64,000 nt of DNA. Source: an uncultured Gemmatimonadales bacterium. Lineage in GTDB: Bacteria > Gemmatimonadota > Gemmatimonadetes > Gemmatimonadales > GWC2-71-9. The first letter of the stretch is position 1; each line of letters starts with the position of its first letter. The position numbers and the translations under genes were made by a program. The stretch lies in assembly GCA_963771275.1 (NCBI GenBank), contig CAVYSW010000006.1:32001-96000 (forward strand), in the 5' to 3' direction. Under the pieces are notes generated by a model. That model searched no databases, was not told where the DNA came from, and worked only from the letters and a program-made list of their open reading frames with translations. This document shows, one piece after another, positions 63,964 through 64,000 of this stretch.

Positions 63964-64000
63964 TGCGGGTTCCTTTCGAAAGGTACTCCGCGACCTCGGG

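Overview
High-GC core-chromosome segment, probably Gemmatimonadota (inferred from gene order and protein features). Almost all genes are on the minus strand. Contents in window order: hutU/hutH; an Fn3 lipoprotein with a sigma54-type promoter; a 1179-aa TatC-LptD fusion; tol-pal; LysM/ssb/rimI/tsaB/tsaE/uvrB/rel/radC/secA/nadD/bamD; a nucleotide-sugar cluster (ugd, wbpA/B/E/D-like, gmd/rmd) interleaved with murB and carB; rpmB; the alpha ribosomal operon; pyrDF, an amidase, smpB and tRNA-Leu(CAG); moeZ/rrf2; aspA; a redox cluster; 2-oxoacid dehydrogenase E2 and E1-beta; and an ino1-cupredoxin-copA-copZ cluster. Four features stand out. (1) TatC is joined in frame to an LptD-like barrel through what looks like an internal cleavable signal peptide. 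(2) A cysteine-free peroxiredoxin has TGA at its catalytic position followed by a SECIS-like hairpin (likely a selenoprotein), and lies upstream of trxB and a 6-Cys microprotein. (3) An IS200 TnpA-fold gene lacks its catalytic residues. (4) SecA has a Cys4 insert in its variable subdomain. Single frameshifts in murB and carB indicate indel errors in the assembly, so frameshift-based claims need read-level checks. I saw no CRISPR array, prophage or intact IS.
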